Assembly: GCA_948470025.1 (NCBI GenBank)
Contig: CAOKNG010000002.1
Location: 8,153-72,152, forward strand
Length of the DNA: 64,000 nt
Direction: 5' to 3'
DNA from: an uncultured Clostridium sp.
GTDB taxonomy: Bacteria > Bacillota > Clostridia > TANB77 > CAG-508
Part shown: positions 1 to 10,929 of the stretch, piece by piece
Position numbering within the stretch: the first letter of the stretch is position 1
Layout of the letters: each line of letters opens with the position of its first letter
The notes under the pieces: model-generated
Told to the model about the DNA's origin: nothing
The model's input: only the letters and a program-made list of their open reading frames with translations
The model's database searches: none
Translations under genes and position numbers: made by a program

Positions 1-1035
1 GGAAAAGAAACCATTATTCCCAAAACCGCTAATCTAGAAGAATTTTTTCATAAACACAAACAATATCCGTTTGATTTTTCAGAAGTAAAAGGACAAGAAA
101 ATATTAAAAGAGCTATAGAAGTAGCAGCAGCTCGGTTCACACAATCTACTTCTTACAGGAACACCACGGTTCAGGAAAAACCATGATGGTAAGAAGAATT
201 CCTTCTATTTTACCAGACTTAACCTTTGAAGAGGCATTAGAAGTAACCAAAATCCACAGTATAGCAGGAACCCTAAAAAAAGGTACTCCCCTTTTAACCA
301 CAAGACCATACCGTGCACCACATCATACTGTTTCAGCCAATTCACTTGTAGGAGGAGGACGAATTCCAAAACCTCGGTGAAATTAGCCTTGCTCATTTTG
401 GTGTTTTGTTCTTAGATGAATTACCAGAATTTAATAAAACAACTTTAGAAGTTTTAAGGGGACCACTAGAAGACCGTATTGTAACCATTAGTAGAGTAAA
501 TGCCAGCCTAACCTATCCATGCAATTTTATGTTTGTTGCCTCTATGAACCCATGTCCATGTGGGTTTTATGGTTCAAAAGAAAAGGAATGTAGCTGTACG
601 CCACAAGCAATTGCTAGATATATGGGGAAAATTAGTGGTCCATTATTAGACCGAATCGATATTCAAATTGAAGTAACTCCCGTAAAATATCAAAAATTAG
701 AAGGAGAAACTGTAACAGAAACATCAGAAGAAATCAAAAAAAGAGTAGACCAAGCAAGAAAAATACAACAAATACGATACCATGAACATGGGATTTTTTC
801 GAATTCAGAATTAACTCCTGTCTTAATTGAACAGTATTGTAAATTAGATATAAAATGCAAAAAATTACTGCAAAATGCATTTGAAAAATTAGGGCTTAGT
901 GCAAGAGCACATGCGAGAATTCTAAAAGTAGCAAGAACCATTGCCGATTTGGATAATAAAGAAAACATTGAAACAAAACATCTAGCCGAAGCCATTGGCT
1001 ACCGAAGCCTAGACCGAAAGTATTGGAAGAATTAG
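1..1035 (+). CDS. comM: Mg-chelatase-like AAA+ ATPase ComM/YifB (5' end outside window); needs +1 shifts at in-frame CGG 133-135, 167-169, 375-377
   Basis: ORFs 183..380 and 406..1035 plus the upstream frame give [33 protein letters not shown]...[24 protein letters not shown] only if the C of each CGG is skipped. Walker A and the PGEISLAH motif are restored that way. Confidence 0.8.
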
Positions 1036-1050
1036 AAAGGAAAAATCGAA

Positions 1051-1954
1051 ATGAAAATCATAGAAATCAAATCTGAGGATGTAAGATATCCGAAAAAAAT
1101 GTTAGAAATAAAGGATTATCCCAAAACCCTATATGTAATAGGAAATACCAGTTTATTAAATACCCCCCATATTTTAGCAATGGTAGGTTCGAGGAATTGT
1201 TCAGAATATGGTAGAAAAGTAGCCAACTTGTTTGCAAAAGAATTATCGAAAAAAGAAATTACCATTATTAGTGGATTAGCAATAGGAATTGATGCAGCCT
1301 CACATATAGGCTCTATGGCACAAAAACGGAAAAACCATTGCCGTATTAGGATGTGGGTTAAATCATATGTATCCAAAGGAAAATGAATGGTTATTTCATG
1401 AAATTTTATTAAATAAGGGATGCATTATTAGTGAATATGAACCCAATGTGCCACCAGATACAAAAAATTTCCCCAAACGAAACCGTATTATTAGCGGAAT
1501 TGCAAATGCTGTACTTGTTGTAGAAGCAGAATACAGAAGCGGAAGTTCGATTACAGCAAACTATGCAAAAGAGCAAGGAAAAACCGTATATGCCATTCCA
1601 AGTAACATCGATGTTAGCACTGGTATTGGTACCAATCATTTAATTCGTAGTGGAGCGACCTTAGTAACAAAAGCTTCTCAAATTCAAAAAGAATTTTTTC
1701 AAACACAAACAAAATCCATTCTTTCAAAAGAAAGTTTTAACCAAAACAAATCAAATTCTAACATACAAATCCCAAAAGAATACGAAAAAATTTATTCCAT
1801 TTTAGAAAACGGACCAATGCACATCAACGAAATTGCCAAAAAACAATCCTTATCCATTTCAGAATTAAATGGAAAGCTAACCATCATGGAAATTGAAGGA
1901 TATATTGAGCGATTAGATTCGAATGAATATAAAAGGAGAAAGCCATGTATATAA
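1051..1954 (+). CDS. dprA: DNA processing protein DprA/Smf; +1 shift at CGG 1327-1329
   Basis: ORFs 1051..1386 and 1367..1954 join as ...SMAQK-G-KTIAVLGCGLNHMYPKENEW..., a DprA Rossmann core. C-terminal wHTH present. RBS present. Confidence 0.85.
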
Positions 1955-2299
1955 AACACGAAGTACGGAAAATTAGGAGAAGATTTAGCATGTCAATATT
2001 TAGAACAACAAGGATATAAAATTCTAGAACGAAATTTTGAAGCCAGACAAGGAGAAATCGACATTATTGCCATGGAACAAAAAGAGCTTGTTTTTATTGA
2101 AGTAAAAACAAGAACCAACATAAGCTATGGAAAACCAGCAGAAGCAGTAAACCACAACAAACAAAAACATCTTATAAAAACCGTAGAATACTATCTATAC
2201 TCCAGAAAACTAGAAAACGAATTTGTTCGAATTGATGTTATTGAAATTTATTTATACCACCATAAGTACAAAGTAAATCATATTAAACAAATTATATAA
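1945..2299 (+). CDS. yraN: YraN/UPF0102 family endonuclease; +1 shift at CGG 1966-1968
   Basis: ATG 1945 with RBS aaaggag. MYIKHEV-G-KLGEDLACQYLEQQGYKILERNF...IEVKTR matches YraN only with the shift. ORF 2072..2299 is the downstream part. Confidence 0.7.
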
Positions 2300-2316
2300 A
2301 AAAGAGGGGTGACGAG

Positions 2317-2625
2317 TTGACAATATTACAATTAAAAACACAAGAAGAATATAAAAAATATTACATAAAAGAGTATTGCAATAAACAGATATACACGTTT
2401 TCTGGAATATTAGTAAAATTTTATAAGAATCAATTTGAACATGCATTTTTTGAAAGTGCGAATCATCAAAAAAGGGATAAATCTATATTTTCAATTGAAA
2501 GAGCGAAAAGAATGAAATGGATAAAAGAAGTATTAGAAGATAAAGCTAAATTTATTACAGCATATCCAGCAAGTTATACAACAGCAAAACATATTAGGCA
2601 AGCACCCAAATGGCAAAATAAATGA
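2317..2625 (+). CDS. hypothetical protein (TTG start)
   Basis: 102-aa ORF, RBS agagggg. Followed by perfect 9-bp inverted repeat GACCACTGA/TCAGTGGTC at 2627-2653. Confidence 0.4.
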   Translation: MTILQLKTQEEYKKYYIKEYCNKQIYTFSGILVKFYKNQFEHAFFESANHQKRDKSIFSIERAKRMKWIKEVLEDKAKFITAYPASYTTAKHIRQAPKWQNK

Positions 2626-2891
2626 CCACTGATTAACTGGTTCAGTGGTCAAAACCTCTATGCATCTTCCTATAATAGAAGACTATCTTATCATTATATT
2701 ACTGCATTTCTTAGAAAAAGTCAATAGAAACATAATGATATTTATAAAATATGTAGAAATATATAAATTATTCAAAAGAAAATGAGATAAGATAAAAAGA
2801 GAACATAACTTAACAAATAAAGCTAGTTTTTATCGCGTTTTTATGATATAGTAGATACAAATTGATAAATAAAAGTAAAAAGGAGCAAAAA

Positions 2892-3489
2892 ATGAAAATC
2901 TTATTTGCAACTAAAAATCCAGCAAAAATTAATTTTTATGCCAAAGAGTTAGAACAAAAGGGATATGAAGTATATACATTAAAAGATTTACAAGAAGAAA
3001 TTGAAATGATAGAAAATGGAAAAGATTGTATTGAAAATGCAATCATAAAAGCAGAAACATGTTATAAAAAGACAGGTATCATTTCTATTGGAATTGATGA
3101 CAATCTATTTATTGAAGGATTAACAGAAGAACAACAACCCAAAGACCATGTAAGAAGAGTAGATGGAAAATATTTATCAGATGATGAAATGATTGAACAT
3201 TATACCAACCTTGTAAAACAAATAGGAGGAAAAGCAAATGCTTATTGGCTACATGGAATTGCTGTTTGTAAAAATGGAGAAGTAAAAACCTTTGAAAAAA
3301 GAAGTGATATGATAATAACAGATACCGTAAGTAACATACGACATGAAGGATACCCATTAGATTCAATTTGCATAAATCCTAAGCTTGGGAAATATCAATC
3401 CGAATTAACCAAGGAAGAAATTGAGAAAGGAAAGCAAACCAAAAATAAAGCAATTTTTGATTTTCTAATTCGGAAATATAGAGGAGTGA
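2892..3489 (+). CDS. Ham1/ITPase-like NTP pyrophosphatase family protein; +1 shift at CGG 3471-3473 gives stop at 3487-3489
   Basis: MKILFATKNPAK... with RBS aggagc. Unshifted ORF would overlap the next gene by 64 nt. Shift yields ...FDFLI-G-NIEE stop, 6 nt before the next start. Confidence 0.55.
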
Positions 3490-3495
3490 TTTTAG

Positions 3496-4548
3496 ATGAA
3501 ACATACATACTTAGAAGAAGTAAACCAGACAATAAGAGAATATTTCAAAATTGTAAATGAGGATTTTCCAGAATTTTTATATGACTATATTGAAACACCA
3601 CAAATGCAAAGACTTAAAGGAACAGGAGTAGCATGTGGAACGGATTGGACAGACTTATTTCATCATAAATTTTTTCAGTCAAATTTAGAACATAGTGTAG
3701 GAGTTGCTTTAATTGTATGGCATTTTACCAAAGATAAGAAACAAACGCTAGCAGGACTATTTCACGATATTGCAACACCAACCTTTAAACATTGTATCGA
3801 TTTTATGAATGGAGATGCCAAAACACAAGAATCCACAGAAGAGGAAACAGAAGAAATCATTCGAAATTCAAAAGAAATTATGGCACTTCTAAAACGAGAC
3901 GATATAGCAGTGGAAGAAGTAAAGGACTATCATGTTTATCCAATTGCAGATAACGATACACCAAAACTTTCAGCAGACCGATTAGAATATACTTTTATGA
4001 ATGGTATCTTTTTTAAAGAAGTATGGGATTTAAGAAAAATTAAACAAATTTATGATAATATTGAAATTTTAATAAATGAAGAAGGAATCCAAGAATTAGG
4101 TTTTAAAAGTAAAATAGTAGCAGAAGAATTTGTAGAAAAAGCAAGTAAGTTGTGGCCTTTATGGATTAGTAAAGAAGATAAATTAACCATGCAATTTTTT
4201 GCAGATGTGTTAAAAGAATTAAGTAAAAAACAAATTGTAACAAAACAAGATTTATACACCTATTCCGAACAAGAAATTATTGAAAAAATAAAACATTGTG
4301 GGGACAAAAGAATAGAAGAGGCATTTCAAAAATTCCAAAATGCAACTAAAGTATATGAAAGTGATGAAAAAGTAGAAGGAAAATATTGTGTAAGTATTGA
4401 AGCAAAAAAACGATATATTATTCCATTAGTTAAATGCGAAAAAGAAGCAATTAGAATTAACAAATTATCGAAACAAGCAAAAAACCAAATTGAAAATTTT
4501 TTAGAATACAATACAAAACAATATATTTATTTTGATTTTAATTTCTAG
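3496..4548 (+). CDS. HD-domain phosphohydrolase
   Basis: HSVGVALIVWH...LFHDIATPTFKH motif. RBS agaggag. Confidence 0.7.
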   Translation: MKHTYLEEVNQTIREYFKIVNEDFPEFLYDYIETPQMQRLKGTGVACGTDWTDLFHHKFFQSNLEHSVGVALIVWHFTKDKKQTLAGLFHDIATPTFKHCIDFMNGDAKTQESTEEETEEIIRNSKEIMALLKRDDIAVEEVKDYHVYPIADNDTPKLSADRLEYTFMNGIFFKEVWDLRKIKQIYDNIEILINEEGIQELGFKSKIVAEEFVEKASKLWPLWISKEDKLTMQFFADVLKELSKKQIVTKQDLYTYSEQEIIEKIKHCGDKRIEEAFQKFQNATKVYESDEKVEGKYCVSIEAKKRYIIPLVKCEKEAIRINKLSKQAKNQIENFLEYNTKQYIYFDFNF

Positions 4549-4556
4549 GGGGAAAA

Positions 4557-5411
4557 ATGAATAGGGTATATGAAGAAACTAAATTTTTAATGAAAAAGTA
4601 TGGAATTACAGCGAATAAGAAATTGGGGCAAAATTTTTTGATTGATGAAAATGTTGTTACTTCTATTGTAGAAGCAGCTAATATTGCTAAAGATGACTTG
4701 GTGATTGAGATTGGACCAGGGCTTGGAACATTGACAAAAGAATTATTACAAAAAGCTGGAAAAGTGATTGCAATTGAGTTGGATGAAAGAATGATTCGTA
4801 TTTTAAATGACCGATTTTTTATGGAGCAACATTTTGAAATTATAAATGAAGATGTATTGAAAGTAGATTTAGTGGAATTGATTAAGCAAAATAAAGAAAA
4901 GTTTGGATTAAAGAAAGCGAAAATTGTAGCAAATCTTCCTTATTATATTACTACCCCAATTATTATGAAACTGTTAGAAGAAAAGCTAGAAATTGAAAGT
5001 ATTACTGTAATGGTGCAAAAGGAAGTAGCAGATAGATTAACCCAAATTCCGGGAGGAAAAAACTGTGGAGCGATTACCTATACAGTATATTATTATGCTA
5101 CTTCGGAAGAAGTGCTAAGAGTACCAAAACATTCATTTATTCCAGAACCAGAAGTGGAATCAGCAGTGATTCATTTAAAAGTAAGAAAAGAGCCGAGTGT
5201 AAAAGTAGAAGATGAAAAGAAATTTTTTGCACTCATTAAAGTAGCATTTATGCAAAGAAGAAAAACGTTTTTAAATGCGGTTTCCAATTCAGGGATTGCC
5301 ATTTCAAAAGAAAGATTAGAGCAAATTTTACAAGAATTGAATATCGATATAAAAATAAGAGGAGAAGCCTTAACAATGGAACAATTTGCTAGTATTGAGG
5401 AAAAAATGTAA
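4557..5411 (+). CDS. rsmA: 16S rRNA (adenine1518/1519-N6)-dimethyltransferase
   Basis: LGQNFLIDENVV...IEIGPGLGTLT motifs, 284 aa. Confidence 0.9.
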   Translation: MNRVYEETKFLMKKYGITANKKLGQNFLIDENVVTSIVEAANIAKDDLVIEIGPGLGTLTKELLQKAGKVIAIELDERMIRILNDRFFMEQHFEIINEDVLKVDLVELIKQNKEKFGLKKAKIVANLPYYITTPIIMKLLEEKLEIESITVMVQKEVADRLTQIPGGKNCGAITYTVYYYATSEEVLRVPKHSFIPEPEVESAVIHLKVRKEPSVKVEDEKKFFALIKVAFMQRRKTFLNAVSNSGIAISKERLEQILQELNIDIKIRGEALTMEQFASIEEKM

Positions 5412-5477
5412 AGGTAAGGTAAATATAGTACAAATAAAAGTAATTTAAGGAATTATCAATTTTTATCTTCAATTCAT

Positions 5478-5512
5478 TGACTTTTACCAAAAAAAAAGAT
5501 AAGATATAACTA
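5478..5512 (+). promoter_or_regulatory. candidate sigmaA promoter for minD (TTGACT-17-TAAGAT)
   Basis: Sequence pattern only. Confidence 0.3.
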
Positions 5513-5566
5513 TTAAAAATATAGAGAACAAATTACGAAACCAAACGTAGTTTTTAGGAGGTATTT

Positions 5567-6361
5567 ATGGGAGAAGTTATCGTTATCACATCCGGAAAAG
5601 GTGGAGTAGGTAAAACAACCACAACAGCAAATTTAGGAGCTGCTCTTGCTATGCAAGGTAAAAAAGTAGCGTTAGTGGATACCGATATAGGACTTAGAAA
5701 CTTAGATGTTGTTATGGGATTAGAAAACAGAATTGTATATGATATTGTTGATGTAGTGGAGGAAAAATGTAAATTAAGACAAGCATTAATTAAGGACAAG
5801 CGTTATACAGAACTTTTCTTACTTCCAGCAGCACAAACAAGAGATAAAACAGCAGTAAATGAAGAACAAATGAAGCAATTAACCGACAAATTAAAAGGAG
5901 AATTTGATTATATTTTAATCGACTGTCCAGCAGGAATTGAACAGGGATTTAAAAACGCAATTGCAGGAGCAAACCGTGCCATTGTTGTAACAACAGCAGA
6001 AATTTCAGCCATTCGTGATGCAGACCGAATTATTGGATTATTAGAATCATCCGAAATTAAAAATCCAGAATTAATCGTAAACCGTTTAAAACCAAACATG
6101 GTAAAACGTGGAGAAATGATGGATGTAGACGATATTGTTGATTTATTATCCATTGAATTAGTTGGTGTTGTACCAGATGATGAATATGTTGTTACACAAA
6201 CAAACAAAGGAGAACCCGTTGTATCAAATCGTAAAGCTCCTTCTGGAAAAGCCTATTTAGAAATTGCAAGAAGAGTATTAGGAGAAACAATAGAAGTAAG
6301 TATACCAGGAAGAGAGAAAGGATTTTTTGCGAAATTAAAAAGATTCTTTAAAAAGAAATAA
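5567..6361 (+). CDS. minD: septum site-determining ATPase MinD
   Basis: GKGGVGKTTTTANLG deviant Walker A. C-terminal amphipathic helix GFFAKLKRFF. Confidence 0.92.
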   Translation: MGEVIVITSGKGGVGKTTTTANLGAALAMQGKKVALVDTDIGLRNLDVVMGLENRIVYDIVDVVEEKCKLRQALIKDKRYTELFLLPAAQTRDKTAVNEEQMKQLTDKLKGEFDYILIDCPAGIEQGFKNAIAGANRAIVVTTAEISAIRDADRIIGLLESSEIKNPELIVNRLKPNMVKRGEMMDVDDIVDLLSIELVGVVPDDEYVVTQTNKGEPVVSNRKAPSGKAYLEIARRVLGETIEVSIPGREKGFFAKLKRFFKKK

Positions 6362-6381
6362 TAGGAAATGGGGGAATAAGA

Positions 6382-7410
6382 ATGTTTGAAACGTTCATGA
6401 ACATTTTTAAGAAAATCAAAAAACAAGAAAAAGAACAAACAAAATCAAAAGACACAGCAAAAGAAAGACTACATTTAGTTCTTATGCAAGACCGCGCAAA
6501 TGTATCTGCCGATTTCCTAGATCTTATGAAGCAAGAAATTATTGAGGTAATCAAAAAATATATTGATGTCGATGAAAATGAAATTGATGTTAGGCTTACC
6601 AATAAGGAAAATGGAGATGGCACCAATGGAGCACCAGCCTTATATGCGAATATTCCAATTGTTAGTATTAAAGAAGATGTAAAAAGTGGAATGGCAAGAC
6701 AAGAGGAAAAAGGAAATGAGCAAGTAGCAAAAATAGAGAATGAATCAGCCAAAAAAGAAGCTTATACAGAAGAACAAAATAAGAATGACATTGAAACAAT
6801 TGAAAAATTAAATAAAGAAGTAGAAAAAAGAAATCAAGAAATACTAAATGAAGAACCAATAGATGGAAATCAAAAAAGCACTTTCGAAAATGATATGGTA
6901 AGTGAAGAAATTGTAAACAGTGCAAACAAAGAAAACGATTCTCAAAATATAGAAAAGGAAACTGACAGAGAAGTTAATTTTCAAAATACTGAGAATATAG
7001 AAATAGGAACAAACGAAAATAATAATTTTCAAAATGGTGAAAATGTGGAAGGAATAGTAGAAGAAAAAAATAATTTTGAGAATAACGAAAATACAAAAAC
7101 AACAGGCGAAGAAACTGGTTTTCAAAACAGTGATATGGTAGAAGTAGATAGTATAAATAATAATAGCCAAAATGAGAAAATAGAAGAACAACAAGAAGAA
7201 GCTTCTAAAACATTTGATAAAGAGGATGAAGAATTAGAAGAAATGGATGGTCAAGAAGAGGAAGAGACAAACTTGTTAGTAGGAGGAGCAAACGCTACAT
7301 TTGAAGAAGGAAATTCAACACAGACTAATCATGAAAATGAAAGAAACTTTAATAAGAAAAAAAATAAGTTTAATAAGAAAAAAAGACGCAACCGAAATCA
7401 AAGAAGATAA
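6382..7410 (+). CDS. minE: MinE topological specificity factor with ~250-aa acidic low-complexity C-terminal extension
   Basis: N-terminal ~95 aa matches MinE (KERLHLVLMQDRA...LYANIPI). Uninterrupted ORF continues with E/N/K-rich NFQN-type repeats and a basic tail. Confidence 0.75.
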   Translation: MFETFMNIFKKIKKQEKEQTKSKDTAKERLHLVLMQDRANVSADFLDLMKQEIIEVIKKYIDVDENEIDVRLTNKENGDGTNGAPALYANIPIVSIKEDVKSGMARQEEKGNEQVAKIENESAKKEAYTEEQNKNDIETIEKLNKEVEKRNQEILNEEPIDGNQKSTFENDMVSEEIVNSANKENDSQNIEKETDREVNFQNTENIEIGTNENNNFQNGENVEGIVEEKNNFENNENTKTTGEETGFQNSDMVEVDSINNNSQNEKIEEQQEEASKTFDKEDEELEEMDGQEEEETNLLVGGANATFEEGNSTQTNHENERNFNKKKNKFNKKKRRNRNQRR

Positions 7411-7441
7411 ATGAAACAAAAGCAAATTAAGAGGGTGAAGC

Positions 7442-8560
7442 ATGAAAGCGCGAATTTTAAAAAACATAGAGTGGGGAATATTAATTTGTTGTATGGCACT
7501 ATTTATAATAGGTTGCATTTCTCTATATTCTGCAACACAAGAGACAAATTATGTCGAATTAAAAAGACAAATCATATGGCTTGCAGTTAGTATTCCAATT
7601 ATGATTGCTGTCATCTGTATTGATTACAGCACAATTGCAAAAATCGCACCAATTTTTTACGGAATTTTTATCATTCTACTAATCGCTGTATTATTTACAA
7701 AACCGATCAATGGAGCATCAAGCTGGTTTACCATTAAAGAAAGTGTCCAAATTCAACCAAGTGAATTTGCAAAAATATTTGTAATTATGACATTTGCTTA
7801 TTTAATGGTAATATTTCAAAAAAAGGACAAAAATGCAATTAATAAACCATTGAAACTACTAGCTGTATTAGCGGTTGTTATTGTGCCAGTATTACTCATT
7901 ATTAAACAACCTGATTATGGAACAGCAATTGCATTTATGATAGCAACTATTCTTATGCTATTTGTAGCAGGAATTGATAAAAGATACATTATAGGAGCAA
8001 TTTTAATTATAGCAGTTGCATTACCACTTGTGTACTTCTTTGTATTACCAGACCATGCCAAAACAAGAATTGATGTATTCCTAAATCCTAATTTAGATGC
8101 AAGAGGAGCAGGATATAATGTGATTCAATCGAAACTTGCGATTGGTTCAGGTGGACTTATTGGAATGGGATTATTAAAAGGAAACCAAACTCAATTAGGA
8201 TTTCTATATCCAAAAACCACAGACTTTATTTTTTCAGTCATTGGAGAAGAAATGGGATTTTTGGTAGCAGGAGCTGTTATTGTACTATATGTCATTTTAA
8301 TTACCAAAGCAATTTATGTTGCAAAAACTGCAAAAGATGACTTAGGTTCCTATATAACAATGGGAATTGTTGGGATTTTCCTATTTCATATGATTGAAAA
8401 CATTGGTATGACTATGGGGTTACTTCCTATTACAGGAGTACCACTTCCATTTGTTAGTTATGGAGGAAGTTCCCTTGTTACGAATTTTATTTGTATAGGG
8501 CTATTATTAAATATTAGTGGTCGAAGGCAAAAAACGATATTTATGGATGAAAGATTATAA
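7442..8560 (+). CDS. rodA: SEDS peptidoglycan glycosyltransferase RodA/FtsW family
   Basis: 10-TM SEDS protein directly downstream of minDE. Confidence 0.85.
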   Translation: MKARILKNIEWGILICCMALFIIGCISLYSATQETNYVELKRQIIWLAVSIPIMIAVICIDYSTIAKIAPIFYGIFIILLIAVLFTKPINGASSWFTIKESVQIQPSEFAKIFVIMTFAYLMVIFQKKDKNAINKPLKLLAVLAVVIVPVLLIIKQPDYGTAIAFMIATILMLFVAGIDKRYIIGAILIIAVALPLVYFFVLPDHAKTRIDVFLNPNLDARGAGYNVIQSKLAIGSGGLIGMGLLKGNQTQLGFLYPKTTDFIFSVIGEEMGFLVAGAVIVLYVILITKAIYVAKTAKDDLGSYITMGIVGIFLFHMIENIGMTMGLLPITGVPLPFVSYGGSSLVTNFICIGLLLNISGRRQKTIFMDERL

Positions 8561-8572
8561 GGAATAAAGAAA

Positions 8573-9539
8573 ATGTATATAAAACCATTACAAATTGGAA
8601 ATGTTACAGTAAAAAATAATATTTTACTAGCACCCATGGCAGGTATTACAGACCTGCCATTTCGTATCATTTGTAAAGAAAATGGTGCAGGACTTAGCTT
8701 TACAGAAATGGCAAGTGCTAAAGCGATTTTTTATGGGGATGAAAAAACAAAGAAATTATTAATAACAGAAGGTGAATTAGGTTCCATACGGAGTTCAAAT
8801 TTTCGGAAGTGAAATAGAGTCATTAGCCTATGCTACAAGAAAAGTAAGTAAAGATTTTGATATTGTAGATATCAATATGGGATGTCCCGCACCAAAGGTA
8901 GTAAAAAACGGAGATGGTAGTAAACTCTTACAAAATTTAGATTTGGTAGGGCGAATTGTAGAAGAAGTGGTAAAAACTTCGACTGTGCCAGTTAGTGTAA
9001 AAATACGAAAAGGCTGGAATAAAACAAATGACGTATCAGTTCAGGCGGCAAAAATTATTGAACAAGCAGGAGCCAGTCTTATTACCATTCATGGTAGAAC
9101 ACGAGAAGAATTTTTTAGTGGAGAAGTCGATATAGAGGCAATTAAAAAAGTAAAAGAAGCAGTAAAAATTCCAGTCATTGGAAATGGTAATATTGTAGAC
9201 GTAGAAAGTGCAAAAAGAATGTTTGAACAAGCGGGAGTAGATGGTATTATGATTGGAAGAGCCACAATTGGAAATCCATGGATTTTTAAGAAAATTTTGC
9301 ACTATTTACAAACAGGAGAAAAACTAGAAGAAATCACAAACAAAGAAAAATTAGAAACCGTCATCAAGCATATTGAATTAGAAGTACAAACAAAAGGAGA
9401 AAGAGTAGGAATTCCAGAAATACGAAAACATTTAGCCTGTTATGTAAAAAGCTTACCAAATGCAAGTAAAATAAGACAAAAAATAAATCAAATTAATACA
9501 AAAAATGAATTGGTACAGGCGTTAAAAGAATGTTTTTAA
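8573..9539 (+). CDS. dusB: tRNA-dihydrouridine synthase (DusB-like); +1 shift at CGG 8789-8791
   Basis: ORFs 8573..8812 and 8877..9539 join as ...ELGSI-G-VQIFGSEIESLAYA...DINMGCPAPKV. Confidence 0.85.
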
Positions 9540-9561
9540 TTCAAAAGAATATATATAAAAA

Positions 9562-9590
9562 AAGAATAGCAACATGTTATTCTTTTTTTG
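9562..9590 (+). terminator. rho-independent terminator after dusB
   Basis: AGAATAGCAACATGTTATTCT hairpin plus T7. Confidence 0.6.
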
Positions 9591-9629
9591 TTAGCCTATA
9601 TTGAGAAAAAGCTACAAAGACATACAAGA

Positions 9630-9680
9630 AAGCCCCTTTAACAAGGGGGCTGTTGCCAGAAGCGACTGTGGGTTCTTAAA
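9630..9680. repeat. two-hairpin GC-rich intergenic repeat, copy 1 (AGCCCCTTTAACAAGGGGGCT...GCGACTGTGGGTTCTTA)
   Basis: Near-identical copies at 21918-21969 and 56820-56873. Compensatory changes in the second stem. Confidence 0.8.
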
Positions 9681-9749
9681 AAGCTTGTATCATTCTTTTG
9701 AATTGTAAGGGGCAAACAATTTTTAGTTTAATTATAAGAGGGTGGAAAA

Positions 9750-10376
9750 ATGAAACGAAAACAATGGTTGATAATGGGTATTTTTCTTTTAATGTTAATA
9801 GGAATCATCGGATTTTTCCTAAAAAATAATTATAAAACGATGGAATTTGGGAATGCTAATAGTAAATCAGTTGACAATATAAAAGAATATATTTTAAACT
9901 TAGAGTCTTATGAAGCCCAAATAGAAATAGAGGTTCATAGTAACAAAAACCAAAATCAATATAAAATGAAGCAAACCTATCAGGCTCCCAATTTATCGTA
10001 TCAAGAAATATTACAACCAGATAGTATAAAAGGATTAATAACGAAGTATGATGGAAATAGTTTAAAGATAGAAAATACCAAACTAAACCTAAGTAAGATT
10101 TATGAAAATTATCCATATGCTACAGAAAATCAATTATGGTTGTCCACTTTTATTGAAGAATATAAAAAAGACACACAAGCAGTGTTAAAAGAGGAAGAAA
10201 ATGAAATAATCCTAGAGACCAAAGTGGAAAATCAATCAGGAGAAGAAAAGTTTTTAAAAACATTATATATTGATAAAAAAACAGCCAAACCGACCAAACT
10301 TACCATTAAAGACAAGAACCAAAAAATGCTAATTTACATATTATATAATGAGATAACAATAAAAAGTAGTCGGTAA
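9750..10376 (+). CDS. membrane-anchored hypothetical protein (LolA/DUF4367-like); last codon is in-frame CGG 10371-10373
   Basis: N-terminal TM. A shift at the CGG would extend the protein by 17 aa to 10425. Confidence 0.5.
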   Translation: MKRKQWLIMGIFLLMLIGIIGFFLKNNYKTMEFGNANSKSVDNIKEYILNLESYEAQIEIEVHSNKNQNQYKMKQTYQAPNLSYQEILQPDSIKGLITKYDGNSLKIENTKLNLSKIYENYPYATENQLWLSTFIEEYKKDTQAVLKEEENEIILETKVENQSGEEKFLKTLYIDKKTAKPTKLTIKDKNQKMLIYILYNEITIKSSR

Positions 10377-10517
10377 AGAAGACACATTAGCATTCAAATT
10401 AAAATTGTTACAAGATAATATATAATCTTTATGGGCTACTCTATTTTGTTCTTCATTTAAGTTTAAAATATATCAAACAAAAAAGAAGAAAAAACAGTAA
10501 TAACAGGAGTGAAGAAA

Positions 10518-10869
10518 ATGGTAGTCAAAAGAGGAGATATGTTTTATGCAGATTTAAGCCCTGTAGTAGGTTCTGAACAAGGAGGAATACGTCCTGTTGT
10601 TATCATTCAAAATGATATGGGAAATAAATATAGTCCAACCGTAATAGCAGCAGCAATCACTTCACAAACGGGCAAAAACAAATTACCCACACATATAGAA
10701 TTAGACTCGCGGAATGAGTGGACTAAAAGCAAATTCAGTTGTACTTGCAGAACAAATAAGAACCATTGATAAAAGTCGCCTAAAAGAAAAAATTGGGCAT
10801 ATTGAAGATAATCAGATTATGGATCAAATTAACAATGCATTAGGTGTTAGTTTTGGACTAGGGGAATAA
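10518..10869 (+). CDS. mazF: MazF/EndoA (NdoA) mRNA interferase toxin; +1 shift at CGG 10710-10712
   Basis: [33 protein letters not shown]...[31 protein letters not shown]...GVSFGLGE is near-identical to B. subtilis EndoA only with the shift. Confidence 0.85.
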
Positions 10870-10929
10870 GAAATATAAAAAATGGCTTGCAAGAAGCCAT
10901 TTTTTAGTTAATAAGAATCCTATCCCTAC

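Noticed and set aside
2862-3560. ORF 2862..3560 as called, overlapping the next gene by 64 nt.
   Set aside because: A start at ATG 2892 has the RBS. The in-frame CGG at 3471 followed by the +1 shift gives a stop at 3489, 6 nt before the next start codon. This is a cleaner gene boundary.
205-7194. Minus-strand ORFs 205..396, 690..995, 1116..1376, 1409..1639, 3109..3366, 5554..5799, 5908..6207, 6348..6752, 6668..6925, 6844..7194 and similar antisense or out-of-frame ORFs throughout (for example 46187..46480, 48636..48914, 51042..51428, 55299..55802).
   Set aside because: Shadow ORFs lying inside well-supported genes on the opposite strand or in another frame. Compositions are Leu/Phe/Ser-rich or Arg/His-rich, typical of non-coding frames. 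No RBS.
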